Assembly: GCF_006345805.1 (NCBI RefSeq)
Contig: NC_043004.1
Location: forward strand, 34,286,001 to 34,350,000
Direction of reading: 5' to 3'
DNA length: 64,000 nucleotides
Origin: Octopus sinensis
Lineage: Eukaryota
A program made the translations under genes and the position numbers. The notes under the pieces are model-generated. The model searched no databases. It saw only the letters and a list, made by a program, of their open reading frames with translations, and was not told where the DNA came from. Shown here piece by piece: positions 35,156-48,139 of this stretch; the stretch's first letter is position 1, and every line of letters starts with the position of its first letter.

Positions 35156-35398
35156 AAGTAGTTGAATGAATTATCTTAGTATGGAAACACTCATTATCAC
35201 TATGGACTCCGTGTGGGCAGCCATCTAAGAGTTTTTGTTCATCTTGATGCTGACATAAGTTCCTTGTTTTTCCTGATGAGAAGGCGGCATAATGCACCCC
35301 TTATTCCTTCGAAATTAGGAATATGCAGCCTTCGAAACATATGTCGAGAATAAAGCAATTTTGTTAAATCGTCGTTCAACTCCCTTCTTTCATTTATT
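35156..35398 (+). mobile_element. 240-bp element in a TA-rich tract carrying HHR family 6
   Basis: Unique block between similar TA-rich flanks (aatatatgatgatatatgat occurs on both sides). Confidence 0.7.
35268..35350 (+). ncRNA. Type I hammerhead ribozyme with canonical core
   Basis: UUUUC-CUGAUGA(35273-79)-GAAGGC...GCCUUC-GAAAC(35334-38)-AUAU-GUC-GAGAA; G10.1-C11.1 pair; predicted cleavage after C35345. Confidence 0.85.
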
Positions 35399-35614
35399 GA
35401 TATATATATATATATAATATATGATGATATATGATAATATATGATTATATATGTATTATCAAGTGTAATTTGGTTTAGTTTTCAATTCCTTTAGATCAGT
35501 TTTACAATCCTTACTTATTTATTGAATTAATATAACGCTGTAGAGTTAAGACACAAACAGAGTCATTATCTCTCGTTTTTGAATGTGAACTGTGTCTTTA
35601 TATATTTACAATGC

Positions 35615-35801
35615 CCTATCAAATTTTTACTCAATATTTTTACTCACTGTTCTCAGGACTCCAACAATTATTGGTACTACTACTACCTTTTTCAGCAACC
35701 ACAACTGCTTAACCTCCCAAGCTAACTTGTCATATCTATCGACTTTTATTTCTTCCTTATTACATACCTTGTTGTCAGCTGAACATGCTATATTATGATC
35801 C

Positions 35802-35805
<4 letters not shown>
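35615..35805 (-). mobile_element. R4/Dong-clade LINE, restriction-like endonuclease fragment
   Basis: IACSADNKVCNKEEIKVDRYDKLAWEVKQLWLLKKVVVVPIIVGVLRTVSKN; 5' junction at a (TAA)n tract. Confidence 0.8.
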
Positions 35806-35836
<31 letters not shown>

Positions 35837-36544
35837 CATTATCATCATCATTATCATTATTATTCAGCAGTTTTTTATCGTGTGCTTTTCACAGCACTAC
35901 TGAGTGTAGCTCTGTGTGCCTTTGGTATATGCAGTGCTTTGTTTTGGTGCTGTTATTTTCACTATATGGGGCAACAAGAAAATGAAGTAAGGATCATTCA
36001 ACCCCAAACTAAACACAAACAGAAAGTAAGACTTGCAAGAAAGCCTTATGCCCCTGGAATGGTAGGCAGTTAACCATTTTGAGAGAAAAAGATTTTACAT
36101 AATGAACATTTTGCCATCAGATAATTTTTAGAAAATATTTGTAAAACATGACATAGTGGTGAAATGAGAAGATTCTGACAAAGGTAATAATAGCATTTAG
36201 GTCCTTCTAAAGCAAATAAAACAAACAAAAAAATAACTGATAGACATACATCTTTGGCAAAGGAGATATTCACTTCTTGATATACATGCACATTCATGCT
36301 CACACACACACACACACACAAATCACACACAGATTACACACAAGTGATAATGACCAGATTTTTAATTAGAGCTCCGAAAACAAAGCTAGTTAGAAAGAAG
36401 TGCTGGGCATTGGTCCACTGCATGTAAAAGCTAATTTGGGAGAAGTAAGTTATGAGGGAATAGGCGAATGGGAGTTAACTTAACCCTGTCTTGCTAAAGA
36501 AGAAAAGCTGGTGGGTCGACAATGTACGCCTCAGTTGCAATGTC

Positions 36545-36720
36545 CTTCAGTCTCTTAATTTGGGTGCTGCACCAGCTGCACTTAATAGCAGAGGATCTAT
36601 TATCATCTTTGTGTTCCACAATCTCATCATCTCTACTGTTAGATCTGAAATTGAGAAGAATTTCCTAATTTTCACAATTTGTTGATATCCACAGCTCTTT
36701 TGTTTGGCAAAGTCTATGAT
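36545..36720 (-). mobile_element. Older restriction-like-endonuclease LINE fragment (R4-like)
   Basis: IIDFA...DLTVEMMRLWNTKMIIDPLLLSAAGAAPKL fits IIDxA...YxDLxxExxRLW...P...GALG..PK. Confidence 0.55.
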
Positions 36721-37009
36721 CTTACATTATTTTTGCTCTCTACAATCATATCTTGTCTCCTTACTTCAGTATTATCCTCTTTTACCTCTTTTGATTATTT
36801 AAGTTATTAGAGTGTGGCCACACTGGGGCACCAACTTGTTTTGAGATGCTGCACTCTTCAGGCACATCAGTCGTTATGGGGAAATCCTATAATATCCTAT
36901 AAATTTTGTTTACCATTGCAGCCTCTGATTCATGTTCATACCATTTTTCTGTTACTTCAGATCCACAAAATTGGCTAGCACTCCAATGCACTTTTTTACT
37001 GACACATAT

Positions 37010-37019
37010 TATTATTGTT

Positions 37020-37069
<50 letters not shown>

Positions 37070-37084
37070 TATTATTATTATTAC

Positions 37085-37131
<47 letters not shown>

Positions 37132-37159
37132 TATTATCATCATCATCATCATCATCATT

Positions 37160-37209
<50 letters not shown>

Positions 37210-37285
37210 TATCATTATCAATATTATTATTATCATTATTATTATCATCATCATCATCATCATCACAGCCGTCATCATTATTATG
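37010..37285. repeat. Compound (CAT)n/(TAT)n microsatellite
   Basis: Directly visible. Confidence 0.95.
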
Positions 37286-37922
37286 CATTAGAGCAATTGA
37301 ATATCCGCTTTTTCACCTTAGGGTGGAATGAATATGGTTTGTTGTTAGAAGTTTTTGTATATCATATTTTGTAAATATGATTATTTGCATAACAACATTT
37401 CTTCATCTGGTTTACATGCCCCCAAGAATTTTGAACTGGTTTTTGAAAACTTCATAAACAAGAACACAAATTTTTAAAAATTGACAAACAGAAAGAAAAA
37501 TGGCAACAGGTAAACAAGGAAACACAGATATTTAGATTTCACAGAAAAATAACAGTTTTACAAATGGCAATCAAAATGATGGAAAAATAAAGGAAATAAC
37601 TCTTTGGCAGCGTTACTTGCCTCGAAATAATTATGAATATGGATCAACTCTCTTATTAAAAAAATGTAGAAAAGGTATATTCTAGAGTATTCTTCTTTGT
37701 CCTGGTACATGGATATGATCTCTGTATGTACAGCAAACCTAATCCTCAGTTGTGGGTGCCAGGCTTTGTGGGAGCTAAGTGCAGATCAAAATGGTGATAC
37801 AAAACAGATTTTGTTGAGGGAAAGGTAAGGTAAGGAAAGGTAAGGAGAGAAGACATATAGCCGTGTCTATCAAAACAGGTGAACGTTTTCAGTATGTATT
37901 AAATGGAGCAGCTGAAAGGACT

Positions 37923-37989
<67 letters not shown>

Positions 37990-38222
37990 AACACACACAC
38001 ACACACACACGGAAAAACAAAAGAAAATACATGGGTGAGTCTGTGTATATATAATTTAAGTAATGATTCATGACAAACTTCAGTTTGTTTCATTCTCATA
38101 GAAGAAAATGAAGGAAGAATTACAAGTTGGATATGTAAGAAAACAAATAGCAGACAAGTATAGAACTACCTGCTGCTAGTTCTTTAAATACATATACATA
38201 TATATATATGTGTGTGCTTACG

Positions 38223-38268
<46 letters not shown>

Positions 38269-38561
38269 CATGCGTGTGTGTGTGTCTGGGTGTGTGTGCG
38301 TGTTTATGTATGTATATATATATATACAGTTGCAACACTCCTGTCACAACCTGGGACCTTGAAGACTGCTACAATGCATGAAAGTATACTAGTCCCCTAA
38401 TATTTTATATTCAGCATTTCATCTATTCAATAAGACAATCAATACTTCATTTCATTTTACTATATATATATACTATTTATACTATATATTCTATATTCTA
38501 CATTAATATTATAAAGAATATAAATAAAACATAATAAACAGCGTTGAAATTCCTTAGAATA

Positions 38562-38606
<45 letters not shown>

Positions 38607-39689
38607 GAAAATAAGCTCACACACACACACACCCACACACTTCAAGCTGTACGGATAATACCAGACTGATTTGGTACTTCAACCTAAGTACCTAATTCAA
38701 CTGAATCTCAATTATTTCTTTTATATATATATAAAGAGAGAGAGAGAGAGGCATACACACATGCACACATGCACACACACACACACATACTCACAAACAT
38801 ATAGTGTTGTTTTGTTGTTGATTTTATTTACAATTTTGAGATTTTTTCTCATATTTTCTATTTCTTTTGTTCATTGATTTCCACTTAGTTCAGTTGGGGC
38901 TTTACATTCCTATATGAACAAACATGATGAAGTACCAGCTTGTCTTTCTAAATACTTTTGACTGTTGCATATTTTATTTCGTTTTACTTGGTCTGGTTGT
39001 AGTTCATGTCTTTTTTTCTAATAAATCCTTAATAGGTTTTTTTAATTGTTGTTACTACTTCATCATCGAGTTTTATTGTTGTGAATTACACTTTTACTGG
39101 TCTATTGAGAGATATTTTAGAAGAAAACGTTAGTAATATGTTGTTTGATGGTGGATGAGTACCAGGTGCCCCTAGATGATAAGCTTTTGATAAAGACCAC
39201 GCTAGCCATCAATAAACAGTTGAGTGATTAAAGTTCTGAGCACTGAATAGGGTTATGCACTCTGCTGATATTGGTTTTTCTCATTCTCAAACTTACGCAA
39301 ACCTCTCGGGAATGTGGTTGCAATATCCTCTCGTTAGGAAATTTCAATTTCCCTCAAAATATTTAGCTAAGATCTGATAAAGGACCTCAAAAGATTATAA
39401 TATAGTTAATCGTAATGAAAGTTCCGTAATAGATTAGGTTTACAAATGAAGGTGATGTTTCGTAATTGCAGAACAACAAACAGGAATTGAGTTGTTAGCG
39501 AAAACAGAAATGGCAGGATATACATCTAAAATGCAGGCTAATGTTAACACTAATGGTCATTTCAAATAAACCAAAAATACTTGTGATGAAATTACTTGCC
39601 AATTCAACATGTTTATCGTTTATTTGAAGTGACCGGTATGAAGATAATCATAGCGACTATTGATTACTTGAAAAGCTGGAAGAAAACTA

Positions 39690-39905
39690 ATGAGAAAAAT
39701 TGTCATTACTTCAATTAATGTAAGAGGGATGAAATGCGTGGTATTGATGTTTGCAACCATTATGACAGAATCAAAGTTTGGGGTTAATGGTTATTTTATA
39801 GAAGAGTATTCAACACTGTGTCTCATATCAGGAGTATTGTTCAGATTAAATAGTGAAGATGATTATAGTCACTTCATAAAATCTACTAATTTCCAAACGA
39901 TTTAA
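39690..39905 (+). mobile_element. Possible APE endonuclease N-terminus of an L1/Tx1-like ORF2, decayed
   Basis: KIVITSINVRGM followed by TESKF resembles the SxNVRG and QETK motifs; spacing shortened. Confidence 0.35.
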
Positions 39906-40127
39906 AGTGCATTGGTTAATTTAGATCAGGTGTGTAGAACCCCTCACCTACAGAAGCAGTTTTGTGCACATTTATTTCTGAGACTGGCTTTTGATGTAGT
40001 CTATAGAAATCATAACATATACAGCTGAAATCTTAACACCAAAGCTGTAATTTGATTTAAGTTGCTCACCTGTGAGAGATTTATTATTTTTCTCAGCACA
40101 GGAATACAGAAAGAATATAAATAAAAT

Positions 40128-40530
40128 ACAGGTATGGCTGTGTGGTAAAAAGCTTACTTTCCAACCACATAGTTCTGTGTTCAGTTCCACAGCATGGCAC
40201 CGGCACCATGGGCAAATGTCTTCTACTATAACCTTGGGCCAACCAAATTTTCGTTGGTCGATTTGGTAGATGGAAACTGGAAGAAGCCTGTCATGTAGCT
40301 GTGTGCATGTGTGTGTGTGTGCGTGTGTGTCTGGGTTTGTCCCTCACGACCACATGACAACCGGTGTTGGTGTGTTTATGTCCCTCTAAACTTAGCAGTT
40401 TGTCAAAAGAGACCAATAGAATAAGTACTAAGGTCAATCCATTTGACTAAAAATTTTTCAATGTGCTGCCCCAGCATGGCCACAGTCTAATGACCAAAAC
40501 AAATCAAAGGTAAAGGGTAAAAAGGTAAAA
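40128..40530 (+). mobile_element. SINE-A variant
   Basis: ggtatggctgtgtggtaa head ... gccccagcatggccacagtctaatgacc, (GGTAAAA)-type tail. Confidence 0.85.
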
Positions 40531-40721
40531 AGATGGGATTACAGAGGGTTTAAATGAAATCCATCTTACTGTTTTTTTTGTTTTCGTTTTGGGATTTGTT
40601 TTCTTTTCTTTTTCCTTCTCTCTTTCTTTCTCCTTATTCTTATCACAGCATCTCCCTGTTTTCACTTAGATTTTAAAAAAGACGAACAGAGCGACAGATA
40701 AATACATATACATCATAGTCG

Positions 40722-40776
40722 CCACGTCATCATCATCATCATCACCATCATCATCATCATTATCATCATCATCATT

Positions 40777-40823
<47 letters not shown>

Positions 40824-40915
40824 TATCATCATCATCATCATCATTATCATCATCATCATTATCATCATCATCATCATCATCATTATCATCATCATCATCA
40901 TCATCATTATTATCA
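40722..40915. repeat. (CAT)n microsatellite
   Basis: Directly visible. Confidence 0.95.
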
Positions 40916-41867
40916 TTAAGGCAACGAGCTGGCAGAATTATAAGCATGCTGGGCAAAATGCTGCTAAGCATTTTGCCTTCCAGTTTTTTTTAGATTCCCT
41001 TTAAGCCAATGTTTATCCTTTTATATATTTCTGTACAAATTCTGTATTTCTAAAATGTAGACTTCTTTATACACATACATATGGAAAGCAGTTCTTTTAC
41101 CTCCAGACTGCTGCACTTCTTCCTCGAACCCCTCTCAGCCATGCCTAACCACCATCAAAGCAATTAAACACGGTGTGTGACTAGCCAATCAAACAGACTG
41201 TGAGACTAGCTTGTTGCAAATTTACCTCCCCGCAGCCCGCCTGTTCATTACCGGCAACCTAGCCAAACTTATAAAGTAAATGCTAATATCCATTTAACAA
41301 TAATTAACTTGACTACTAAACTCCTTGTTTCTTTTTAACTTCTCTCTACCACTTCACAGATTTTCTGGGGGTTTTTCAGCTGTTGGGCTGTTGGTAACTA
41401 AACCAGCTACTCAACAGAGCTTTCTTTGTAAGGAGGGTGCTTTTTGCTACTTGGACCTGTCTAAAGGCACTGAGGGCAGATGAACCCTGAGGTGTCATCG
41501 GCCATCCAAATAACTACTCTTTTACTAGCTGTGGAGCTCTGGATACTGAGTTGGGGCCCAGCGTAAGACAGCTCACTTAAACTTTTAAGGGTAGAGAGGC
41601 CCTTTTGAGTCTTTTTAGACAAACCTCTTTAGTGATGATGTTTTGATAGAAATACTGGTGGTTGTGACACCTTATCAAAACTTTCCTCTGCATGAGAGCA
41701 ATGAATAATAGGACTGACACAAACAATGGTGTAAATGAGGACAGAATTACAAGTAATGGATTTCACCCAACAGGTGCCCTGTGGGGGAGCAGCCCAGGCT
41801 TGGTCATCATTATACGGCTGCTAGAACAAAATGAACTACAACGATGATTATTATTCTCATCATCATA

Positions 41868-42278
41868 GGCGCAGGAGTGGCTGTGTGGTAAGTAGCTTGC
41901 TTACCAACCACATGGTTCCGGGTTCAGTCCCACTGCGCGGCACCTTGGGCAAGTGTCTTCTACTATAGCCTCGGGCCGACCAAAGCCTTGTGAGTGGATT
42001 TGGTAGACGGAAACTGAAAGAAACCCGTTGTATATATGTATATATATATATATATGTGTGTGCGTGTGTGTTTGTGTGTCTGTGTTTGTCCCCCTAGCAT
42101 TGCTTGACAACCGATGCTGGTGTGTTTATATCCCCGTCACTTAGCGGTTCGGCAAAAGAGACCGATAGAATACTGGGCTTACAAAGAATAAGTCCCGGGG
42201 TTTAGTTGCTTGACTAAAGGTGGTGCTCCAGCATGGCCGCAGTCAAATGACTGAAACAAGTAAAAGAGTAAAAGAGTA
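41868..42278 (+). mobile_element. SINE-A, full length, young
   Basis: Nearly identical to 28304-28710; inserted in a (CAT)n context. Confidence 0.95.
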
Positions 42279-42317
42279 TCATCATCATTGTTGTTGTTGT
42301 TGTTGTGGTTGTTGTTG

Positions 42318-42350
<33 letters not shown>

Positions 42351-42352
<2 letters not shown>

Positions 42353-42663
42353 GCCTTTGCACAGCTTCTAACTAACGCTAGAGATATACTATGGTGCCAG
42401 CTGTTCACTACCAGTGAACTAAAGTAACACTCCTTATTTTTCGAGCACCTTCCAAAGTATTCAAGCGGTTCCAAGCAGTGCTGTTTTCTGCAAGTGGTCC
42501 ACCCTTATTACTGGCCCTATTTGTTCCAAGAATTTTACTCACTGTTCCCAGGACTCAGACAATTATTGGTACTACTACCACTTTTTTCATCGACCACAAC
42601 TGCTTAACCTCCCAAGCTAACGTGTCATATCTATCAACTTCGCTTTCTTCCTTATCACATACC

Positions 42664-42666
<3 letters not shown>
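42351..42666 (-). mobile_element. R4/Dong-clade LINE, 5'-truncated 3' end with (AAT)n tail
   Basis: KVCDKEESEVDRYDTLAWEVKQLWSMKK...VDHLQKTALLGTA*ILWKVLEK* plus 3' UTR; AAT repeats on both sides. Confidence 0.88.
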
Positions 42667-42700
<34 letters not shown>

Positions 42701-42702
42701 CA

Positions 42703-42813
42703 TTGCCTTTACACAGCTTCTAACACTGGAAATGTACTATGGTGTCAGCTGTTCACTACCAATGAACTAAGGTAACACCTCTTATTTTTCGAGCACCTTG
42801 CAGAGTATTCGAA
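42703..42813 (-). mobile_element. Second, shorter R4/Dong 3'-end copy in tandem
   Basis: RILCKVLEK* plus 3' UTR homologous to 42351-42465; AAT repeats on both sides. Confidence 0.85.
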
Positions 42814-43689
42814 CTATTATTATTATTATTATTATTATTATTGTTATTATTATTATTATTATTATTATTTGCTGTTGACTTTTATAGTAAGTTGGCAGAA
42901 TTGCTAGCAACTCTTAGCGACCTTTCATTTTGTCCCTATCTGTGCAGCTCATATTAAAAAGAACAATCAAACAATGGCACTGCTCGAAATGCAGCCGTTA
43001 TGTATGATTTTGATTTTGATTTGATTTTTCTATTTTCAGCTAATGAGCTGTGGCCATGCTGGGGCACCGCCATTATGTATGCTTGTATGTATGTTTGTTT
43101 GTCCTGGGTATGACATAAGACTGCATCCTAGTGGTGAGGCTTCGGTTCAGAAGTTTTGGAATTGTGGGGAGAATGAAGTCACTCCTTAATTATCCTTTCT
43201 CTCTGTTGGTGAGAACTTCTTACCAGATATTGTCAGTTGTTCACCCGACTACCAGGTGCATCGCATTTCCATCTATGTGGCTGTGTATTCTACACATTCA
43301 TGTCTAGTTAATGTGATTTTTAGACAAAATCAGAGTAACAAAGCTGAGACCTTTGAAATACAGGTACAACTTACCCAATGGGCTTCTGTATAGTTTCCCC
43401 CTTCCCAATTTTCCCTCACAATATACAAATAACTTTAGATTGTGATAAAAGGTTTGGGGAGATTTTACTTTTGCATTTAGTTGAAGTTTGTTTAAATTAA
43501 GCAAGCCTACAATGAAAGGCATTCCGGCACCCTCTCGTTAAATTGATTGAGGACTATGTAACGTAATGTCCTTTTTTTTAAAGATGCTTGGGTGTGATTT
43601 AAAGGAGACTTGGTTGCTGTTTCTAACAGGTCAAGCATACGCATTTCCCCTTACAGGATTATTTAGGCTTAGTGTTCCTTTGATCCTGT

Positions 43690-43890
43690 ATCAATGAGAT
43701 TACTCTGTCGAATGTAACATTTACTCATTCATATTGTTTTGAATTAATCATGCATTATCTTTGAGATTTTGATGACATTAATTTTTTGTTTTGAATGACA
43801 TTGTAAAGTAGGTGTGAGAAGCCAAATCTGACCAGTTTGGACATGAAATAGGTAAAACCTTTTGGGCTGGTTAAAGTAGTTTAGAATTGT
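43690..43890. mobile_element. Diverged copy of the piggyBac-type MITE at 54697-55301
   Basis: gattactctgtcgaatgtaa...ttgttttgaattaatcatgc...gacattgtaaagtaggtgtgagaag. Confidence 0.6.
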
Positions 43891-44149
43891 AGCAACAATC
43901 CATGTGATTGCATTTCAGCTGACACCCAAGTAATACAGCAGAGATGTTCTAAGACAATGCAAGGATGTTTGAGCAGTTGATGTGGAATGGGAAATTGCTC
44001 TGTTTCTACCAAAAAAAAAAAGGATACTTTTTATGAGATAGTACCTTGTACAAATAATGAAATAACATAAATAAATTTCTTTCCTGTAAAATGGTTTCTG
44101 ATTTAGGAACAAAGTCAGCAGCTTTGAGGGGAGGGGCTAATCAATGCCA

Positions 44150-44380
44150 TTGATCTCAATACTTGATGAGTGTATTATTTTATTGAACTCCAATTGACAA
44201 AAAGAAAAAAACTTGGCAAGACATGAATTCAGATCATAAAGAGTTAGAAGAAATATCAAATGACATTTTTCTTCTGAGACTAACAATTCTGCTAGATTCC
44301 CACAATTTAAATGGATTGAAAATATATTCCTTAGGACTGAACCTTTGCATAGCGTTACCAATTTTGACTTTTTTTTTTTT
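44150..44380 (+). mobile_element. Possible Tc1/mariner catalytic-domain remnant
   Basis: TWQDMNSDHK ... DSHNLNGL loosely echo QQDGAxxH and NSPDLNPL. Confidence 0.25.
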
Positions 44381-45804
44381 ATCTCAATATTCGTCCATGT
44401 GTAATATCTAACCGAACAAAACAATTATCTTTGATGAAAGTTGCTCCAACATTAGTGACAGCCACAAATGTCATCACCAGTATTACATTCATCGACTCAT
44501 ATAAAAAGTGACAGTTACTTTCAGATCAATATTTTTGACACGATGTTACTGGCACATTTTCTAATGTGAACAGATAGAAATTTGTAAACTACAATAAAAT
44601 TCATAATAATTCCAACCCGTTATCACAGGTTAATGTTAAAAGCTAAAGAATCACTATCATTTTTGGCAATTTTCATTTTTCTTTATTTATTTTTGTTTCC
44701 CTCCATTCTTTCCGTGGAACAAATCCCAGCAAATGTTGAAAACAGAACTCAACACATACGCTTTCCTCATTTATAACCAGTCTTTGATTGGAAGCTACCA
44801 AATGGTAAACATGTTTATTTTACTGGAATTGGCTTTTTGAAAAACATCACCTGCTGATATAATTTAAATATTTTTTTATTTATATTCTTATTTATTTAAT
44901 TATTTTTTTTACTGTTGCATTCAGAGAAAATATGAAAAATTACTGTTAGCATATGCAGCCAGTTAAGAGGAAAATGAAGTTGATATTTGGCTAAAAATAT
45001 GATTGATGTAGCAGTCAAGGAAAAGAGAACATCAACAGAATGTTTCAATAACAGCGTTTTGTTAATATTAAAAGTTATGAAAGTCTTCAGAAATAGAGAT
45101 CCATATTAAATACCAAAATGTAATTTGAAACTGATGTTTCTTTTAGAAAAAGAAAGCAGTAAATAGTTTCAGAAATATTCATTCTTGCAAAGATGGGGCA
45201 AATTGCTAGATTTTTTATGCATTTGCTGTAGTTAATGGTAATAAAAGAAAAAAAAATGAAAGCTTAATTGAATCATGTTTTAGTACAGATGCTAACTATT
45301 CAGTTAAGGTGTAGGTATTGAACAGACAAAGTATTATTGTAATCTGTGTTAATTGGTTGCCTATTCATACTACATTAGACTAACAGCACTTGGACCCAGG
45401 GCAACACATTTAATCTTGCAGATAGAAGACAATTTTACAGCATATTAGATATAAAATGACCTTCTGTCATGCTGATAAATAACTTATTACAGTGTCTCAG
45501 AAATGCTAAACTAAGTTGTCTGAAAGGTTGAGCATAAATAATGAACTTAGAAAGCAGCTGGATATTAAAAATATTTGGCTCATGTGTGGGAACAGAAGTG
45601 TTCATTTTATAGGAATGAAATACACCTGTTGGGTGAGGAATGTCATAGAATGTAGCAAAGTGGTAGACACAGATGAAGGAAAATAGGAAGAATTAGAGAA
45701 GTCAGATTTCACAATGCTAAACCTCAACAGAGGAGAGATTGCCAATTTTAGATGACTGTAGAAATGTCATACTACAACCACTTATAAATGATATAGATTT
45801 GAGG

Positions 45805-46005
45805 AAAGTGCCGGTGGCACGAAAATAGCACCCACTACACTCACGGAGTGGTTGGCATTAAGAAGGGAAACAAGCTGTAGAAACACTGCCAGATCAGACT
45901 GGAGCCTGGTGCAGCCTTCTGGCTTCCCAGACCCCAGTAGAACCGTCCAACCCATGCTAGCATGGAAAACGGACGTTAAACGATGATGATGATGATGATG
46001 ATCAC
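45805..46005 (+). mobile_element. SINE-B, short young copy
   Basis: gtgccggtggcacg...gtccaacccatgctagcatggaaaacggacgttaaacgatgatgat. Confidence 0.92.
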
Positions 46006-46024
46006 TGCAATAACACAGCATTCC

Positions 46025-47050
46025 CTTTTGAAGAATCCTTCAAGCACATTCCTGTTCAGCAAATAGCTATACACCCAGAAATCTCTTCATTTTTGTTGAT
46101 CAGTGTATTAAGTTATTCTGGTGTTCTTTTATGGAATTCTGTCAGCTGCTTTATCCAAAACTCTTTAATGTCATCAGGTCCAGTTATTTTTCAATTACTC
46201 ATTTTCCCACTTTGTTTTTTGCACATTTTCTTTTCCAATTCTAAATTTTTTTTCATTTGAATTTTGCAGCCATTGAACCTGCTTCTCTTGCATATTCCCT
46301 TCATCATTCCAAATTACAAAACTCTTCTCTACTTCCTGGTTTACCTCTTTCACGTGTGTTTCCACCACTTATTTCTTGATAAAATTTCTTCTGAACAATT
46401 TGGAATAACCATTTTTGCCTTTACTGCTTCACTATTTAAAGATATCTTGTTTCCTCTGCCAAAGTTTTAGGTTTTAGTTCTTCAGTTACAACATTCAGCC
46501 CTTTTCTCTCAATACCAGGTGTTTCTTTTAGTCACCTTTTCTCTTTCATTTCAATATCCATACATCACCAACAAGCTTATCTATATCTACTAATATTCCT
46601 CTTTTCCACCATGGGGTCATTATTTTGTGCATTTCCATTATTGTTTCTTCTTTCATTGATTTTCGATCCCAAATTTTCCCAGCAACTCTGCTAGCTGCCT
46701 TGATAAGCTTAAGGCTTTATTGCTTCTTGCTTCAGTTTCTACTGATCAGCTTTTTTGCAGTTGCACGCACATTCTATATGTTCAGAATTTACCAACTTAA
46801 ACACCATTTCAATTATTATTTGATCATCTTCAGTCAGGGCTCCACCTATCCTGTCCTTCAAAAGCTTCATTAATGTTATCAGAATTTCCACTCGCAACAT
46901 ATCCATGTCTATTACTTTGAGCAATGTCCTACAGCTCTGCTATTTCTAATTCATTCTTTTGTACTTCATCATCTTTGCCTGTATCATGCTCAACACTAAT
47001 TTGTCTCTTGATGACTTGAAGTTCAATTTTAGACAATTAAGCATTCTTTT
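46025..47050 (-). mobile_element. R4/Dong-clade LINE, decayed region N-terminal to the RT
   Basis: EELKPKTLA...FYQEI...TGPDDIKEFWIKQLTEFHKR...LNTLI...TGMCLKD matches KAPGPDGI..FW.K.L...H.R...TVLI.KD. Confidence 0.7.
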
Positions 47051-47544
47051 GAATTGCTCTTGCCTTGTCACACCTCCTCTGCTCTATAGTGCCAAACAAT
47101 CCTCTCCTTTTCCACTCACCAAAACATTTTCTGTTGATATTAGAAATCTATTTTTATTTATTGTGTTCTTCAAATAGAAGAACTCCCAGATAAAAGCATT
47201 TACCTCTTTACTTCACTTTTGTTTCTTTTTATGGCAATTGGCATCTGGATTATGGCAGCAGCCATCTTGCTCTACAGTTGGATTATGGCAGCAGCCATCC
47301 TACTCTACAGTGGGCTCCAGTCGGATGAAATACCTTTGCTTAAGATTCAAATCCCATTTAGCCATTATTTGACTCACTATTTTGTATCATAATATTAATG
47401 AGTTAAATATGCAAAGGATTTTCTTTCCATGACACCATGCTAAAGATACCCTCCTGCCATGTGATATGTCTTAATTCCACCACATGTTAACCTGGTATTC
47501 CTTGGTGAAGGGTCAATTATTATTACTTCTGTTACTTCTTTACC

Positions 47545-47720
47545 ACATTGCACAAAATATTTACCAGCATATTTTCTGGTTCTTTATATTTTGAGTTCAA
47601 ATTCTGACTCAACTTTGCATTTCCTCCTTATGGAGTCAATAAGATAAGTACTATTTGAGTACTGGAATTAACCTAATTCCACTAAAATTGTTGGTTTTGT
47701 ACCAGAAATGAGAAAGCATT
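47545..47720 (+). mobile_element. SINE-C, diverged fragment
   Basis: ttttgagttcaaattctgactcaactttgcatttcctcc. Confidence 0.55.
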
Positions 47721-47734
47721 ATTATTATTGTTGT

Positions 47735-47935
47735 TGTTATTATTGAGTGAGAGAGCAATGCATGGCATGGTGATCTCATATCAAGAGAAATAGTACATAA
47801 CCTTGCAGGTGGGGTCCAGTTAGAATTTATTTCCAGTCGAGTAACCCATCCTGCTGAAAAGGTCCCTGAATAAGGGCTGTTTAAGGATATTAAATGAAAC
47901 ACCCATGTTTCCAGAGGTGAACTATCCAAACCCAT
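47735..47935. mobile_element. Internally deleted copy of the 6201-6551 element
   Basis: After (TTA/TTG)n: gagtgagagagc...catggtgatctcatatcaag...ccttgcaggtggggtccagttagaa...cccatgtttccagaggtgaa. Confidence 0.8.
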
Positions 47936-48139
47936 AACTCACTGCTGCACCTATTTTAAAAATAATTATTAAATATTAGCAGTGTTGAAGGGTCAAAAAC
48001 TGATTCTTTGAACTTTTGCAAGCCATAACGTATGAAATATATTTCTTCTACATCCTCCATATCAGGAAGCAGTAACTTAGACCATTCACGATTAGATTTT
48101 GTTACATTTACCAATTTCACACACATCTTTTTGTAGATG

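Noticed and set aside
36530-36650. Apparent minus-strand exon SRDDEIVEHKDD...
   Set aside because: An overlapping frame matches a LINE endonuclease motif; treated as retrotransposon remnant
41100-41750. GC-richer block with ADDT and GCG..NL motifs on minus strand, possible LINE RT remnant
   Set aside because: Motif spacing inconsistent and too decayed to assign
47246-47311. 33-bp direct tandem duplication
   Set aside because: Ordinary local slippage duplication with no further structure
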